Of a stretch of DNA of 64,000 nt, positions 62,901 to 64,000 are shown piece after piece. The stretch is from Raja brachyura (lineage: Eukaryota). The stretch is taken from NCBI GenBank assembly GCA_963514005.1, contig OY740796.1, forward strand, positions 14,136,001 through 14,200,000. Direction: 5' to 3'. Below the pieces are notes generated by a model. The model made no database searches. It saw only the letters and a program-made list of their open reading frames with translations, and had not been told where the DNA came from. Both the position numbers and the translations under genes were made by a program. Each line of letters opens with the position of its first letter. Position 1 is the stretch's first letter.

Positions 62901-64000
62901 TTTTAAAATCAGTATAGCCAGTGCAATATTAGTCGTCGGAACATGAAGTTGCTGTTGTATTGTCAAAAAGAGATATGATAAGCATAAAGCTTGTCAAGTT
63001 TATGATAAAAAATAGTCTGTGTGGGCCATAGAGACTTGCCTCAGGATAAATTAGTGCTGGTTCAACATATGCACATACTGTAATATCTAAATGTATGCGC
63101 GTGTATTGAGAAACATTGTGAAGTTGTGGAAAAACAGTAGGTGATGTCCTGATTAATGGTCTTTGACATGAAACAATTGTTCTGTTTCCCCCCAAATTTG
63201 TTGCCTGAGCTGCTGAATGTATCCAGCATTTTCTGTTTGTTTACGGTTTCCAGTATCTATAGTTTTTACTTTCATTCACACGTGACGCATGTTTATAATA
63301 TAGATTCTAGCTTTTAACATGCTGGAATGATGGCTCCAAATCATCTTTCTTTTGCAGTTTTGAAAAAAGCTGTGGGGATTCCTCTTGCTTTTACACCCTC
63401 CTCTTTAAGTCAATCAGAACCATACTTGAAGCGTGGCAGTAAAGCTTTTTACTGAAGTGTATTACTGGTGAAAGTTCGGTCTGTCATCTGTTCAGTTAGT
63501 AATGCTCCACCTAGTGACATTTCCTGTTATGGTTTACACTTCCTGTGTCATATTTTGTCACTTAGTTCTCAATTTAAAAAAAAATCATAATGTTGCAGCC
63601 TTGATTCTTTAGTGCGATTTTAATTTACTGGTTAAATTAAATTTAGACATGATATTTTGAGAAGTTAAACAAATGAAATAGTGATTCAAATTAATGGGTG
63701 TAAAAAAATAAAATAAAAAAAAGATTATTTTCCACCTGATATGCAGTGGAAGACGATCAAATTACACCTTCAATTCTTTATAATTTCCCTTCTTTTGAAC
63801 TGCATTTTTCCTATTATAGTTTCCCCAGTGGAAAGACTTGGGGCATTCAGTAGTTTGCTCTGTAGCTCAGGGGTGTGAATAAAAAGAATAAGATTAGGAC
63901 ATACCAAAGTAACTCATAACATTTGTTCATTGTACAAAATCCAGTAGCCGTTTTGTACTTAGTAAACACCTACAAATAGCATTACAAATGTTAAACATAG

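Overview
Vertebrate genomic DNA. The repeat landscape (CR1 LINEs, tRNA-head V-type SINEs, Penelope-type terminal fragments, Rex1/Babar LINEs, Tc1) points to a cartilaginous fish, probably a skate or ray (inference). One complete spliced protein-coding gene was reconstructed by hand on the + strand: 6 coding exons at 5518-16363 encoding 179 aa, with an N-terminal UBA-like domain fused to a Pth2-family peptidyl-tRNA hydrolase domain. Its probable non-coding first exon (~2300-2375) is followed by a 1.4-kb G-triplet minisatellite that produces all the long ORFs in the ORF track; those ORFs are spurious. At ~21-23 kb a CpG-island promoter, apparently bidirectional, starts an unidentified + strand gene. 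Its non-coding first exon ends at 22892, and I found no coding exon for it in the remaining 41 kb. The promoter lies in a ~10-kb CpG-rich domain almost free of transposons. Notable structures: a 503-bp near-perfect inverted duplication (40352-41433), dispersed hammerhead-ribozyme-like cores in Penelope-type fragments, a 78-nt pre-miRNA/MITE-like hairpin (36721-36798), a scrambled templated inversion (46192-46386), an L1 3' end with a target-site duplication (TSD), and a chimeric CR1+Penelope insertion under one TSD. Transposon boundaries are approximate, read by eye.
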